This document shows positions 27,347 to 37,794 of a DNA stretch of 64,000 nt, one piece after another. Every line of letters begins with the position of its first letter. Positions within the stretch are counted from its first letter, which is position 1. Origin of the DNA: Thermomicrobiales bacterium (GTDB taxonomy: Bacteria > Chloroflexota > Chloroflexia > Thermomicrobiales > UBA6265); NCBI GenBank assembly GCA_045804965.1, contig JBJMMD010000016.1:293642-357641 (forward strand), in the 5' to 3' direction. A program made the position numbers and the translations under genes. The notes beneath the pieces were generated by a model, which was given only the letters and a program-made list of their open reading frames with translations, had not been told where the DNA came from and ran no database searches.

Positions 27347-28408
27347 ATGGGACAAACGTTGAAGGTAATCCAAGTCGGCGCGGGGTCTTTTGGCCGAAGT
27401 TGGGCCGGAATCGTTGCCGCGGCGCCGGGCATCGCACTGGTCGCGATCGTGGAACCGTTCGCCCCGGCACGCGACCAGGTCCGCGCCGCGCTGAATGGCT
27501 GGAGCGGTCCGCTCGTCGCTTCACTCGACGAAGCGCTCGGCCAGGTGGACGCCGACGCAGTTCTCGTGATCACGCCGCCTGATTCTCACCACGCCGTCGT
27601 CACGAACGCATTGCGGGCGGGCAAACACGTGCTCGTCGAGAAACCCTTGGCGACGACCATTGCCGATGCAGCCGACCTGATCGCAACCGCCGACGCCACA
27701 AGGCGGACCCTAATGGTTAGCCAGAACTACCGCTTCCGGCGCTATGCGCGGACGATCCAGCAGCTGATCGCCGAAGGTCGACTGGGCGATCTTATCAGCG
27801 TCCGGATTGCCTTCCAACGCGACACACGCATGCTTTTCGGCGACGGCAACTTCCGCTATACGATGCGGCACCCGCTTGTGCTCGACATGTCGATCCATCA
27901 CATGGACCTGCTCAGGGCGTTCACCGGACAAGACGTCGCTCATATTGACGCCCGCAGCTGGCGCATCCCCGCCAGCAACTATCTCCACGATCCGGCCGCG
28001 GTCGCGCTGATCGAGCTCGAGTCGAGCATCTCCGTTGTCTACGAAGGCACTTGGGCGTCGTTCGGCCCTGAGACCTCGTGGAACGGCGACTGGGAATTCA
28101 TCGGCGAGGACGGTCGTCTCACCTGGACCGGCGGCGCCTCCGAAGGCGCGGTGGTCGATCTCGTGCTGACCAGATGGGGCGAAGAACCGGTCAGGCTCGA
28201 ACCGATCGAACTAGACCTCGTGGACCGTGCCGGTTCGCTCGACCATTTCCGGCAATCCATCGCCTCGGGAACCGAACCGGAGACTACCGCCCGCGACAAC
28301 ATCCGCAGTCTTGCCGCCGTTCTCGGCATCGTCGAATCGATCGACAGCCGACAGGCCGTCAACGTCGGAACCGAGTTCGAGCCCGCGCCAGTTTCGACTC
28401 AACCCTAA
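27347..28408 (+). CDS. Gfo/Idh/MocA-family oxidoreductase
   Basis: N-terminal Rossmann IQVGAGSFGRSWA and the EKP motif VLVEKPLA, 353 aa. Confidence 0.75.
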   Translation: MGQTLKVIQVGAGSFGRSWAGIVAAAPGIALVAIVEPFAPARDQVRAALNGWSGPLVASLDEALGQVDADAVLVITPPDSHHAVVTNALRAGKHVLVEKPLATTIADAADLIATADATRRTLMVSQNYRFRRYARTIQQLIAEGRLGDLISVRIAFQRDTRMLFGDGNFRYTMRHPLVLDMSIHHMDLLRAFTGQDVAHIDARSWRIPASNYLHDPAAVALIELESSISVVYEGTWASFGPETSWNGDWEFIGEDGRLTWTGGASEGAVVDLVLTRWGEEPVRLEPIELDLVDRAGSLDHFRQSIASGTEPETTARDNIRSLAAVLGIVESIDSRQAVNVGTEFEPAPVSTQP

Positions 28409-29997
28409 GGCCGACGTTTGGCTGTGGTCGCCTGGAAGGCGGCGTAGGACGGATAGACGATAAGACGCGCGCCGCCGATGGCGATCTCACGCGGGAGGCC
28501 ATCGGCCGGCGGGCGGATCTGCAGAGCGTCGGTCGTCAAGCGGCTAAACAGCGAGGCAAGCGGGTTGGCGTCGGTGGACCGGAACGCCTGCCCATCGAGC
28601 AGACGCAAAACCTGCGGCCAGGTTCCCCAGGCGGCGCGACGGTCTGGCTCGGGGCCATCGTTGAAGTGGACGAGGTAGCGACCAAGCACGAAGGGGAAGA
28701 CTTTCTGCACCCGAAAATTCTTGGCGGTCCGGGTGTCGACGCGATTGAGGAGATCGTCAGCGCCATGACGATTCAGCCAATCAAGCACTCCGGAGACCTG
28801 GCGGTTGGCGTAGAGGACGTTGTCGCGCTGGCGCGCGAGTTCGATAGGTGATCGGGCAAACGGGTCCTGCGATTTCAGCTCGAACACACCGAGGGTGCCC
28901 GTCTTGCGATCGAAGACGACCGCGTCAATGTCCGTACGAACGTCACCATCAGCTCGCCGCAGCGCGATCCTGCCGGCGCTGGTCACGAACCGCTTATCTG
29001 CAAAGAGCCCGTAGAGATCTTGGCGGAAGACATCCTCACGGAGATAGCCCGTGTTGTGATACTCCGGCCCGGCGCGTCGCCTGAGCTCGCGCGTCAAGAA
29101 GAATAGCGGCTCCGATGTCAGCCCGCGGACCGACCACACGAGCCGGGTTGGGTCGATTCGAACAACGGGCGCGGCCGCGACGCCGGGCACGGCCGCATGA
29201 TAGGACGCATTCTCAAAATCGAGGGTGAAGGCGGCGACGGCCCGGCCGATCCTCGCTGGATCGGCGGCGAGGGCGGAGGCGATCGCGGTAACGAGTGCTT
29301 GCTCAGATTGCGGTTCCTCAACCTCACCGCGGTCGCGTGCTTCAAGTGCCCGCGCGATGAGTTGCCGCAGGACCTTGCAGTAGGTCTGGATCGTGCAGCC
29401 GTCGAGCATTGCCTGGGGCGGATAGCCGAGTTGATACGCCATCATCGTCAGGTAGACACCGGCTTCCCGGAAGTAATCTGCCGGGCGGTGTGGCTCGCCG
29501 TGCTCAGAGCGCAAGGTACGTAGTTCAGGCTCGTGTTGCTTGGCCAGCGTGGCGGCCCACCAACTTATGTCCGCGCGCTCTCGCCAGCTCGTTGGCGTCC
29601 GCTTCGTCGCGATCCAGACCTCGAACGTGCCTTCGTCGCCTTCGACCATCCGCATGAAGCCGGTCTCACAGTGAGCCAAGACCAACTCAGCCTCGGTCAG
29701 ATGTCCGCAGTCTTCGAGAAACTGCTCCGCCCACCGGTTCCACGCAACAGCAGTCGAAGCCGAGTCTGACGCGGCGGATGCTTCGAAGCAGAGCTGAAGC
29801 GCCATGTTCCCGCCCAGGTCGGCGACGCGACGACCGGTCACGAGGTCGGGCGGCGACTTGTTTTCGGAGGCGGACGTCTGTCGCTCCCGGGCGCGGAGCA
29901 GGGCAAGGATGGCCGCCTCCCGGGCGGGCGGAACGCTCATGCGAAGGCGGCCCTGCTGGCGGCCGATCAGTTCGCGAAATCGTTCGTGGACGTTCAT
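28405..29997 (-). CDS. hypothetical protein with a C-terminal PD-(D/E)xK nuclease-like motif
   Basis: TDIDAVVFDRKTGTLGVFELKS fits D..(D/E)xK. I recognise no other family. ATG at 29997 is preferred over 30057, which overlaps the DinB gene. Confidence 0.5.
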   Translation of the reverse strand: MNVHERFRELIGRQQGRLRMSVPPAREAAILALLRARERQTSASENKSPPDLVTGRRVADLGGNMALQLCFEASAASDSASTAVAWNRWAEQFLEDCGHLTEAELVLAHCETGFMRMVEGDEGTFEVWIATKRTPTSWRERADISWWAATLAKQHEPELRTLRSEHGEPHRPADYFREAGVYLTMMAYQLGYPPQAMLDGCTIQTYCKVLRQLIARALEARDRGEVEEPQSEQALVTAIASALAADPARIGRAVAAFTLDFENASYHAAVPGVAAAPVVRIDPTRLVWSVRGLTSEPLFFLTRELRRRAGPEYHNTGYLREDVFRQDLYGLFADKRFVTSAGRIALRRADGDVRTDIDAVVFDRKTGTLGVFELKSQDPFARSPIELARQRDNVLYANRQVSGVLDWLNRHGADDLLNRVDTRTAKNFRVQKVFPFVLGRYLVHFNDGPEPDRRAAWGTWPQVLRLLDGQAFRSTDANPLASLFSRLTTDALQIRPPADGLPREIAIGGARLIVYPSYAAFQATTAKRRP

Positions 29998-30034
29998 ACG
30001 CTGGCGCCGCTCCGTACAGGCTTGACGGTCGGCG

Positions 30035-30559
30035 TTAGCTCCTAGCCTCCACGTCATGGGCAGCGAACTCGGGCCGCCACACGCTCGTACCGGGAATGAA
30101 GGCCTGCATCAACGCCTCTTCCGCCTGCATCGTATGCTGAAGGTCATGCGCGGCCCACAGGTTAAGCAAGTTATCGAGCGTGATCTCCACGCCATACTGA
30201 GGATGAACGCTCGAGCGGTCCAAATCCTCAGGCTTGAAACCAGCAAGAACCGCTCCGTTCTCCCCGCGGAGTTTCACAAACTCCGCCAGCAACTCTTTCG
30301 ACGAGCGATCGGATCTCGGATTCGCGAACGCATCGTCGGCAAACGGGACCAACTCGGATCGGCCTTCGAGGATGTGACGGAGCCGTACACTGAACAAGTC
30401 TCGCTCAACCGTGAGAAGATGCAGCAGGCAATCAACCGCAGACCATTCGCCGGATGTCGACGGCCGCTGCAGCAAACCCTCCGGCACGGTCTCGATCAAA
30501 CTCGTCCATCGTTGCGGTGTCGTTGCCAGGATCGCCCGGGTCATCTCCAGTTCCATCAA
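30035..30559 (-). CDS. DinB-family protein
   Basis: 174 aa. Spaced His residues (LLHLL.., ..AAHDLQH) typical of the DinB four-helix bundle. Confidence 0.65.
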   Translation of the reverse strand: MMELEMTRAILATTPQRWTSLIETVPEGLLQRPSTSGEWSAVDCLLHLLTVERDLFSVRLRHILEGRSELVPFADDAFANPRSDRSSKELLAEFVKLRGENGAVLAGFKPEDLDRSSVHPQYGVEITLDNLLNLWAAHDLQHTMQAEEALMQAFIPGTSVWRPEFAAHDVEARS

Positions 30560-30682
30560 CGTCTCCCTTCAGAAGTGCGAGCAGCGGTCGAGTTAAATGC
30601 CGTAATGATGCGTCGCTTTCCAGGTTCTTGACATCCTAGCCACGTGTTCTGTAGATTCTTGGTCAACAACTGAAATGAACTG

Positions 30683-30782
30683 CCTTATCACGAGAGGTGG
30701 AGGGAAACGGCCCTGTGAAGCCCGGCAGCCTGCGCGACGAGCGCAAGGTGCCAATTCCGGCAGAGTGATCTGCGAGATAAGG
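30683..30782 (+). promoter_or_regulatory. SAM-I (S-box) riboswitch
   Basis: CCUUAUCACGAGAGGUGGAGGGAAACGGCCCUGUGAAGCCCGGCAGCC...AAGGUGCCAAUUCCGGCAG...GCGAGAUAAGG matches the S-box consensus blocks. It lies upstream of metX and metY. Confidence 0.9.
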
Positions 30783-30804
30783 GTTAGGCGTTGCTACCCC
30801 GGCG

Positions 30805-30830
30805 CCCCCTGCTCAGGCAGGGGGTTTTTC
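30805..30830 (+). terminator. riboswitch intrinsic terminator
   Basis: CCCCCUGC-UCAG-GCAGGGGG followed by UUUUUC. Confidence 0.85.
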
Positions 30831-30899
30831 ATTGAGTTCTTGTGCCACGGTTCGCCGTAACTCACAGTGCTCGTCCTCCACGTCACCATCCTAGCTGCA

Positions 30900-32123
30900 A
30901 TGCCCGAGTCGAGGATAGAACGAGTGAAAAAGCACACCGCGCGCCAGATGGAACATTTCGTTCCTTCCCCCGCTGAACAGGAGGGAAAAGGAAAACGCCT
31001 CCGTGTGGTCCCGTCCGCGGACGAGATCGAGGACGGCGCTCTGCGCTCGTTCGCCATCGGAGGTCTCGATCTCGAGCTCGGCGGCCGGCTCGAGACCGTG
31101 ACCGTGGCCTTCCGCACCTGGGGCAAGCTCAACGAAGCCGGTGACAACGCCGTGCTCGTCGTCCACGCCTTGACCGGCGATTCGCTAGCCGGTGGTCCCG
31201 ATGGCTGGTGGGAGCCACTGATCGGTTCTGGCCGCGCGCTCAATAGCGATACCCAGTTCATCATTTGCTCGAATATTGTCGGCGGCTGCCAAGGAACGAC
31301 AGGGCCGTCCTCAATTGATCCGCTTACCGGTCGGTCCTATGCGATGCGCTTCCCGCTCATCACCATTGGCGATATGGTCGCCGCCCAACGCCGAGTGGTC
31401 GAGCGCCTCGGCGTCACAAAGACCGTCGTCATCGGCGGTTCGATCGGCGGCTTCCAAGCGCTCGATTGGGCAACGCGCCACCCTGATCTCGTGTCGGCTG
31501 CCGTGCCGATCGCGGCGACGGGCGCGCTCGGTGCTCAAGGCATCGCGATTCATAGCGAGCTCGGGCGGCGCGCGATCATGGCCGATCCCGAATGGCGCGG
31601 CGGCGAATATGCGAGCGAGGGCGTTTTTCCCGCCAACGGGCTCTCGATCGCGCGGATGGCGGCGATGACCGCGTACCAGAGCCGGGAGAGCATGGCGATG
31701 CGATTTGGGCGCAATCCCGCGACCCGTCCCGGTCTCTTCCCAAGCTTCGGCGGCACGTTCGATATCGAGGGCTATCTTCATTACCAGGGCGCCAAGCTCG
31801 TGCGCCGCTTCGACGCCAACTCCTACCTCTATTTGACGCGGGCAATGGACCTCTACGATGTCGGTCGCGACGGCGGCGAGGATTACTGGCTGGATAACAT
31901 CTCTTCCCCGCTGCTCTTCATCGGGATTCGCAGTGACTGGCTCTTTCCACCGAACGAGGTTCGTGACCTTGCCAAGCGTTTGACAACCATGGGCAAGGAT
32001 GCAAGCTACGCCGAACTCGACTCTCCGCACGGACACGACGCGTTCCTCAAAGAATGGGATCAACTCGAGGCCATTATCGGACCGTTCCTCGCACGGGCGA
32101 CTGCCGGGCAGCGCGGGTGGTGA
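30900..32123 (+). CDS. metX: homoserine O-acetyltransferase
   Basis: AVLVVHALTGDS and GGSIGGFQALDW (nucleophile elbow) motifs in an alpha/beta hydrolase. The start is uncertain (30867 GTG, 30900 or 30948 ATG). Confidence 0.8.
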   Translation: MPESRIERVKKHTARQMEHFVPSPAEQEGKGKRLRVVPSADEIEDGALRSFAIGGLDLELGGRLETVTVAFRTWGKLNEAGDNAVLVVHALTGDSLAGGPDGWWEPLIGSGRALNSDTQFIICSNIVGGCQGTTGPSSIDPLTGRSYAMRFPLITIGDMVAAQRRVVERLGVTKTVVIGGSIGGFQALDWATRHPDLVSAAVPIAATGALGAQGIAIHSELGRRAIMADPEWRGGEYASEGVFPANGLSIARMAAMTAYQSRESMAMRFGRNPATRPGLFPSFGGTFDIEGYLHYQGAKLVRRFDANSYLYLTRAMDLYDVGRDGGEDYWLDNISSPLLFIGIRSDWLFPPNEVRDLAKRLTTMGKDASYAELDSPHGHDAFLKEWDQLEAIIGPFLARATAGQRGW

Positions 32124-32269
32124 TTTCCGGGTACGAGCTGCGGCCTCCCCGGGGACCGAAGGACGGCACACCTAAGGCGACCGCGAGCCGGTCGCCATGT
32201 GCAAACGCATGAGCTACAAATCGTAATCTTTCGTCACCAATTGCATTGTCGACACGAGAGAGAGGATGA

Positions 32270-33580
<1,311 letters not shown>

Positions 33581-33819
33581 GCATGTCGGTTAGCGCTAAC
33601 CTCTCCAGCTTGGACCTCCGCGAGTTGACGAACGCGCCAACGCGCGGCCGGAACTAAGGAGGCGCGTCGGCATAACGGCGGTCGTGGTGCTGACCAGCGG
33701 CGAGCGGCACGAGCAGACGATCCTGCCCGCATCGACGGAGCGCGGGCAGGAACGCCGATCATCGGCCATGGCGCGGTGCACGGCAACGACCCACGTGAGT
33801 ACTTGCCAAGGAGAGCTGG

Positions 33820-34689
33820 ATGGATCGTGGTCAGCGGCAGGGCATCGTCGCAGCTTTGTTGGCCGGCGACCACGCCGACGCCGAGCGGCTCCTCGAAACG
33901 TGCAATCGGTACGAGGGGCTTGACCTTCCGATCTTTCTCGGCCTGACGGCCGGGCTGGGAGATGCCGTCACCGAGTTTTGCTTCTACGACAACGGAGCCC
34001 TGGTCGGGTTCGCCTGGCTCCCGGACGACCCGGAGCCCGAGGCGTGCCTCATGGTTGACCCCGGCCACCGCCGCCAGGGGATCGGGCGGGCCCTCGTGGC
34101 CGCCGTACGGATCGAGTGCCAGCGGCGCGGCCTGCCCGGCTGCTTGCTCGTCTGCGACGATTCCGCCCGATCGGGCCCGATATTCGCCACAGCGGTCGGA
34201 GGTCGTTACCTCTCTTCGGAGTACCGGCTGGAGCTCGATCCCGAAGCCATCGACCGCTCCCGACCGCGTCAAGCGGTGGCGCTGCGACCTGCCCGCGTGG
34301 ACAACGCGGCGACCTTGGCCCGCATCCAGGCAGCTTCATTCGGGTTGTCGGAGGAAGAAGCGCGGGAGCAGGTGGGCCGGGGGCTCGACAAGCCGAAACG
34401 GCGCTGTTACCTGGCCACTGTGGGCGGGGAGCCGGTTGGTATGCTGCAGGCCGGCGAGTGGGAAGGAGAGGGAGCCGCTGGCATCAACGCGTTCGTTGTG
34501 CTACCCGAGTACCGCGGGCGCGGGATCGGGCGTCAGATGCTGGTCGACGCGGTCGATGCGCTGTTGGCCGACGGATGGGCGCGCGTCTTGATCGAGGTGG
34601 CGACCGACAACAAGGGGGCGCTGGCGCTCTACCGGTCCTGCGGCTTCAGGGAGGTGACGGCCTATGTCTTCTACGACCTTGCGGTGTGA
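33820..34689 (+). CDS. tandem GNAT N-acetyltransferase (MshD-like architecture)
   Basis: Two acetyl-CoA motifs, HRRQGIGRAL and YRGRGIGRQM. AAGGAG lies upstream. Confidence 0.7.
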   Translation: MDRGQRQGIVAALLAGDHADAERLLETCNRYEGLDLPIFLGLTAGLGDAVTEFCFYDNGALVGFAWLPDDPEPEACLMVDPGHRRQGIGRALVAAVRIECQRRGLPGCLLVCDDSARSGPIFATAVGGRYLSSEYRLELDPEAIDRSRPRQAVALRPARVDNAATLARIQAASFGLSEEEAREQVGRGLDKPKRRCYLATVGGEPVGMLQAGEWEGEGAAGINAFVVLPEYRGRGIGRQMLVDAVDALLADGWARVLIEVATDNKGALALYRSCGFREVTAYVFYDLAV

Positions 34690-34775
34690 GCTGGACGGCG
34701 ATCGGCGCAAGACAGGCGAATGAGGTCAGCCCGACTTTGCCGAGACGCTCGAGTCTGCCTGAACGAAGCAACCTG

Positions 34776-34821
34776 AAAACAACGGCCTCGCCAAGTTGAA
34801 ACTTGGCGAGGCCGTTGTTTT
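34776..34821. terminator. bidirectional intrinsic terminator
   Basis: Perfect 21-bp stem aaaacaacggcctcgccaagt / acttggcgaggccgttgtttt with loop tgaa. The A-run and T-run lie between convergent genes. Confidence 0.8.
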
Positions 34822-34845
34822 CGCCTAAGGTCGTCTGAAGTCGAT

Positions 34846-35196
34846 TTAGGAGGAGACGCCGGTTGATGTGGCGGCTTGCCCAGATGGGGCCTCGCGTTCG
34901 CCACGAGCTGGTTTCTCGGCGCCGGTCGGTCTGTCTGAGGTCGTCAGCCACTCTTCACGGAACCATTGGGCTTGCCAGGGGATGGCAACGCGATTGTCTT
35001 GACCGCGGAAATCGACGAGGAACTGCGGGATGGCGTTTGGTCCGCGGGGGTTGATATCGCTGATTTTGCCGATCGCGCCATCAAAGCGCGCCTCCGGCCA
35101 GGTGGTGTACATCACACTGATGCCGGGTACGCCACGTTTGCTGAATCCCTTGGGCATTGCCACCCGTACGACGTCGCCCACTTGGAACTGCGCCAT
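34846..35196 (-). CDS. hypothetical protein
   Basis: MAQFQVGDVVRVAMPKG.. with a basic, low-complexity C-terminus. No family recognised. An alternative start is at 35223. Confidence 0.4.
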   Translation of the reverse strand: MAQFQVGDVVRVAMPKGFSKRGVPGISVMYTTWPEARFDGAIGKISDINPRGPNAIPQFLVDFRGQDNRVAIPWQAQWFREEWLTTSDRPTGAEKPARGEREAPSGQAATSTGVSS

Positions 35197-35317
35197 GTTC
35201 GGTCCTCGTCTCGTCCGGCTCACTTGTGGCCAATTACCGTCCGTTTAGTACGTTTGAAGTATAGCGGAGCGCTGGACTCCCCGGCCCCAGCGCGTAGGCT
35301 TGCGAGAATCGCACGCC

Positions 35318-35365
35318 ATTGCACTGAGATACAATTTTATTGCACAAGAGTTGACATTAATTGCA
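35318..35365 (+). promoter_or_regulatory. three phased ATTGCA direct repeats (candidate operator array)
   Basis: ATTGCA at 35318, 35339 and 35360, each exactly 21 bp apart. The third lies inside the promoter spacer. Confidence 0.4.
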
Positions 35366-35379
35366 TTTAGGTGTAATCT
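35351..35379 (+). promoter_or_regulatory. candidate sigma70-type promoter of the DUF2089 cassette
   Basis: TTGACA (35351-35356), 17 nt, TAATCT (35374-35379), in the most AT-rich patch of the window. Confidence 0.55.
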
Positions 35380-35431
35380 CCTTGCCGTCAGGGCCGGTGA
35401 TGACCAGTCCCGGGTGGTAAGGAGACTCAGT

Positions 35432-35848
35432 GTGGCACTCCCGAATGTAATTGGCCGGTGTCCGGTTTGCGCAAATGAATTAACGATTACTCGTCTCCAC
35501 TGCCCAGCATGCGACACGACGATTGAAGGGCACTTTCTGCTTGGGCGCTATGCCAGCCTCCCCAATGAGCAGCTCGCCTTTCTCGATACCTTCGTCCGCA
35601 ACCGCGGCATCATCAAAGACGTCGAGGCCGAGCTCGGTATCTCGTACCGAACCGTCGTTTCCCGGCTCGACGATCTGCTCCGCGCGCTCGGCTATCCCGC
35701 CGGTGACGACAGTCTGCGCCCGCGCCAGGTTCGCGAGATCGCGCGGGAAGAGCGCCGGCAGATCCTGGAAGATTTGCGGGAGAAGCGGATTTCCGCCGAT
35801 GAGGCGGCTCGCCGCATGGCCGGCAGCGCGAGGGAGCTTGAATCGTAA
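35432..35848 (+). CDS. DUF2089-family Zn-ribbon/HTH protein
   Basis: CPVCANELTITRLHCPACDTTIEGHF, then LPNEQLAFLDTFVRNRGIIKDVEAELGISYRTVVSRLDDL. GTG at 35432 has AAGGAG 7 nt upstream. Confidence 0.7.
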   Translation: MALPNVIGRCPVCANELTITRLHCPACDTTIEGHFLLGRYASLPNEQLAFLDTFVRNRGIIKDVEAELGISYRTVVSRLDDLLRALGYPAGDDSLRPRQVREIAREERRQILEDLREKRISADEAARRMAGSARELES

Positions 35849-36261
35849 TGAACGAACAACCAACCCGTCCCATCCGGCGCGGCTCCTCCGTTGAGGACGA
35901 TCGGATCGAGATTCTGAAGATGGTCGAAGCGGGCACGATCACCGCAAACGAGGCATCGACACTGCTCGATGCGCTCGACCAGGCGGAGCGCTCGTTCGGC
36001 CCGGCCGAGCCTGCGCACCGCACGACCTCGGCGGTCAGCCATGTACGGATTCGCGTCAGTGATGCCAAATCCGGCCGACCGCGAGTCAATGTCGTCGTCC
36101 CGATCGGGCTGGTCGATGCGGGGCTGAGTGTCGTTCGTCGCTTCGTGCCAAACGCGGAAAACAACATGGGCGCCGTGCGTGACGCGCTCTTGTCTGGGAT
36201 ACGCGGTCCGCTCGTTGACGTGGCTCAAGACGATGAGCGGGTCGAAATCATCGCCGAATAA
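35848..36261 (+). CDS. hypothetical protein with a YvlB/LiaX-like N-terminal helical motif
   Basis: ILKMVEAGTITANEASTLLDAL motif. TAATG overlap with the upstream gene. Confidence 0.5.
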   Translation: MNEQPTRPIRRGSSVEDDRIEILKMVEAGTITANEASTLLDALDQAERSFGPAEPAHRTTSAVSHVRIRVSDAKSGRPRVNVVVPIGLVDAGLSVVRRFVPNAENNMGAVRDALLSGIRGPLVDVAQDDERVEIIAE

Positions 36262-36287
36262 CGGGTCGTTGGAGGGAGCGAGTTCAA

Positions 36288-37481
36288 ATGGCAAACGAGT
36301 ATCAGCATCAGAAGATCCGACACGCGGGCGAGCAGGACGAAACCGAGTTCCAACTCCAGTCCGGCGCGCCGGTGTCGCTGATAGTATCGAATTCGAACGG
36401 CGACTTGCGCGTCTTCGCCAGCGATCGCGCGAACGCCGTCGTGCGCACGACCAAGCAAGGTTCCGGATCCGGGCGACCTTTCCAAGAGTCTTTTGCTTGG
36501 ATCGATCAACACGGCAATTCGCTGACGGTCGGCGTCGAAAACGTTCATTGGACGAACATCGGCGATCTCGGCCGCTCGATTGTCGATCTCGTCAAAGGGC
36601 AAGGATCGTTCGACGATTTCGGCGATGTCGCGATTGACGTCGAGGTCGAGCTACCGCGTGATCTCGCCGCGCAAACGACCAACAAGGCAAAACTGAACTC
36701 GGCCAGCGGCAACATCGACGTGGTGGGGCTGAGCGGAAAAGTGGATGTCAACTCCGCCTCAGGCGATGTCAGCATGGCAAACGGGGCGGTAGACCTCACC
36801 GTCAACACCGCCAGCGGCCAAGTCGACATCAAGGACGCCGAAGGCCGGGTGACGGTGCGAAGCGCGAGCGGTGACACCGATGTTCATGGCGGACGATTGA
36901 GCCGCATCTCCGTCAATACCGCCAGCGGCGATGTCAATGTCGAGTCGGCAGTAACTGGTAGCGAGACCTCAAGTATCAACACCGCGAGTGGCGATGTGCG
37001 CTTGCGCTTGGCGTTGCCGGCGGCGCGCTTGACACTGAAGACCGTTTCCGGTGACGCCAAAGTCAAATCGCCGTTTGAGCGAGAAGGGCGCGGCGAGTGG
37101 CGGTTGGGTCCGGCCGGAGCGTCCTCGCCAACGTTCAACGTCAAAACCGTCAGCGGGGATCTCGAAGTCACTGGGACGGTTACCGAGATCGTCGCCGAGA
37201 GCCAAGACGAGCGTTCGACATGGACATCGCAGCCGGCTACACCGCCGACGCCGCCCACCCCCCCGACGCCGTCGACACCGCCGACACCGCCGACGCCATT
37301 CATGCAGCCTGTCGGCGAGGCCGCGAACGCCGAGGCGCCAACCGACCGCGTGATCGAAGAATCCGACCCGGCGACTGATGCTGAACGCTTGAATGTGCTG
37401 CAAGCGCTCGAGCGCGGAGAGATCGATATCGACGAGGCCATGACCAGGCTCGACGCCCTCGAAGGGCCGCCTGCCGACTGA
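36288..37481 (+). CDS. DUF4097-like beta-helical repeat protein with a Pro/Thr linker
   Basis: Repeated N(S/T)ASGDV units, a PTPPTPPTPPTPSTPPTPPTP linker (about 37240-37300), and a C-terminal LNVLQALERGEIDIDEAMTRLDAL motif. Confidence 0.65.
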   Translation: MANEYQHQKIRHAGEQDETEFQLQSGAPVSLIVSNSNGDLRVFASDRANAVVRTTKQGSGSGRPFQESFAWIDQHGNSLTVGVENVHWTNIGDLGRSIVDLVKGQGSFDDFGDVAIDVEVELPRDLAAQTTNKAKLNSASGNIDVVGLSGKVDVNSASGDVSMANGAVDLTVNTASGQVDIKDAEGRVTVRSASGDTDVHGGRLSRISVNTASGDVNVESAVTGSETSSINTASGDVRLRLALPAARLTLKTVSGDAKVKSPFEREGRGEWRLGPAGASSPTFNVKTVSGDLEVTGTVTEIVAESQDERSTWTSQPATPPTPPTPPTPSTPPTPPTPFMQPVGEAANAEAPTDRVIEESDPATDAERLNVLQALERGEIDIDEAMTRLDALEGPPAD

Positions 37482-37549
37482 GTATCCGAGACAGCTGATT
37501 CGATCGTGGACTAGCCGCCCGGCGATATGCCTGGCAGGAGGGGAAAGCT

Positions 37550-37789
37550 ATGTTCCGTCTTCCCTTGGAAATCGAGATCTTCGCCGATGCGCGCAGACAG
37601 GAAGTCGAGTGGATGTTTCGACAGTCACAGAAGCACTCGCCAGGGCCGAATGATGGCGGTATCCTCGGGCGGGCCCGGCATTTGATCGGCGTGGCGTTGA
37701 TCGTCATCGGCGACCACATCGCCGGCGACAGCTCCCTCGTCGACCGGGCACAGGCCCGGGACCAAACGTCGCCCGCGATCTCGGCATAA
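37550..37789 (+). CDS. small hypothetical protein (one predicted TM helix)
   Basis: GGAGGGG 6 nt upstream of the ATG. LIGVALIVIG hydrophobic segment. It ends 5 nt before the MFS gene. Confidence 0.4.
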   Translation: MFRLPLEIEIFADARRQEVEWMFRQSQKHSPGPNDGGILGRARHLIGVALIVIGDHIAGDSSLVDRAQARDQTSPAISA

Positions 37790-37794
37790 GGACG

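Noticed and set aside
37240-37300. A short-period repetitive DNA stretch (and a similar one at 47930-48150) that could be mistaken for a repeat array.
   Set aside because: They are in-frame Pro/Thr-rich linker codons inside well-supported genes. No spacer/repeat organisation of CRISPR type occurs anywhere in the window.
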